Of a stretch of DNA of 64,000 nt, positions 63,450-64,000 are shown piece by piece. The notes below the pieces were generated by a model. It did no database searches and was not told the DNA's origin. It saw only the letters and a list, made by a program, of their open reading frames with translations. Position numbers and translations under genes: made by a program. The DNA is from Enoplolaimus lenunculus (Eukaryota), in NCBI GenBank assembly GCA_030248215.1, contig JASANG010000440.1, forward strand, positions 62,001 through 126,000. The letters run 5' to 3'. The first letter of the stretch is position 1. Every line of letters starts with the position of its first letter.

Positions 63450-63833
63450 GTGGAAATTTCATTCGGGCGAACGCAGAGGGGGCTAAACACCTCAGGCGGA
63501 AATAATATGGGAAATATCAGCCTCGACATCGGTATTTTTGCCGTAGAGCAATTCGCTATTCTGAGGCCAGGCGTAAAGCCAATTTTCACTTCTGCGCAAA
63601 CAAAAGTTCGGCCTGGGACAAACAATCATTTACTGGTTCATTTAACCGAATACAACAAAGTTGAACTAAGAAGTTGGTCCTCGGCATTGCGTGGTTTACG
63701 ATACTGCGTCTTCTACCGTGTAAATTTGATTGGAGCGTCAGATTATATAATGTCAGTCGAAGCCTGGGCTAAACTGTTCTTAAGCATTTGCCTGGAACAA
63801 TTAGTAATTGACCTGAATAGCAGTTTGGTTTGA
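63450..63833 (+). pseudogene. Decayed Ty3/Gypsy-like RNase H C-terminal fragment
   Basis: GIFAVEQF...G.KP...TNNHLLVHL...LRSWSSALRGLRYCVFYR..N...SDYIMS parallels AIVFAVEKF..YL.G..F...TDH.PL..L...L.RW...L..Y.F.I.YR....N..AD.LS. Confidence 0.45.
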
Positions 63834-64000
63834 CATCATATCATATATAACAAAGCATTTTATACTTCAAATTGGATTGTGAGGCGCAAAAACTAACCTG
63901 TTGTCAAATATCATTCCAAAAACTTTTATGGATAACAGAAAATACAATAATTTGCCAAACAAATTTACCGATGGATCTTGTGTCTAAAATATTAATTGAT

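Overview
AT-rich, intron-containing animal genomic DNA, most likely nematode (inferred from abundant TTAGGC/GCCTAA repeats and TTTTCAG acceptors). There are no prokaryotic features. By manual splice and phase tracing I reconstruct three + strand genes. (A) The 3' part of a gene with a degenerate R3H-like domain (1-~2300). (B) A 6-exon, 444-aa protein with a very divergent N-terminal RhoGAP-like domain (13928-21660). (C) A 3-exon, 848-aa cholecystokinin/sulfakinin-type neuropeptide GPCR with an ~400-aa third intracellular loop (48427-57312). The rest is a dense set of non-autonomous DNA transposons, classifiable by termini and target-site duplications (TSDs). These are ~30 GGCC-ended, 8-bp-TSD MITEs that carry telomere-like TTAGGC arrays, CACTG-ended 2-bp-TSD palindromic MITEs, TTAA piggyBac-like MITEs carrying a tRNA-type A/B-box cassette, and hAT-like, Harbinger-like and P-like elements. 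There are also three minisatellites and decayed Ty3/Gypsy-like fragments at the 3' end. The most unusual items are the telomere-repeat-carrying MITE family, a 2.3-kb 40-bp array that appears to have amplified the GPCR's own 5' splice site ~50 times, the Pol III-promoter-bearing piggyBac MITE, and a three-level nested insertion. All assignments are by eye; no database searches were run.
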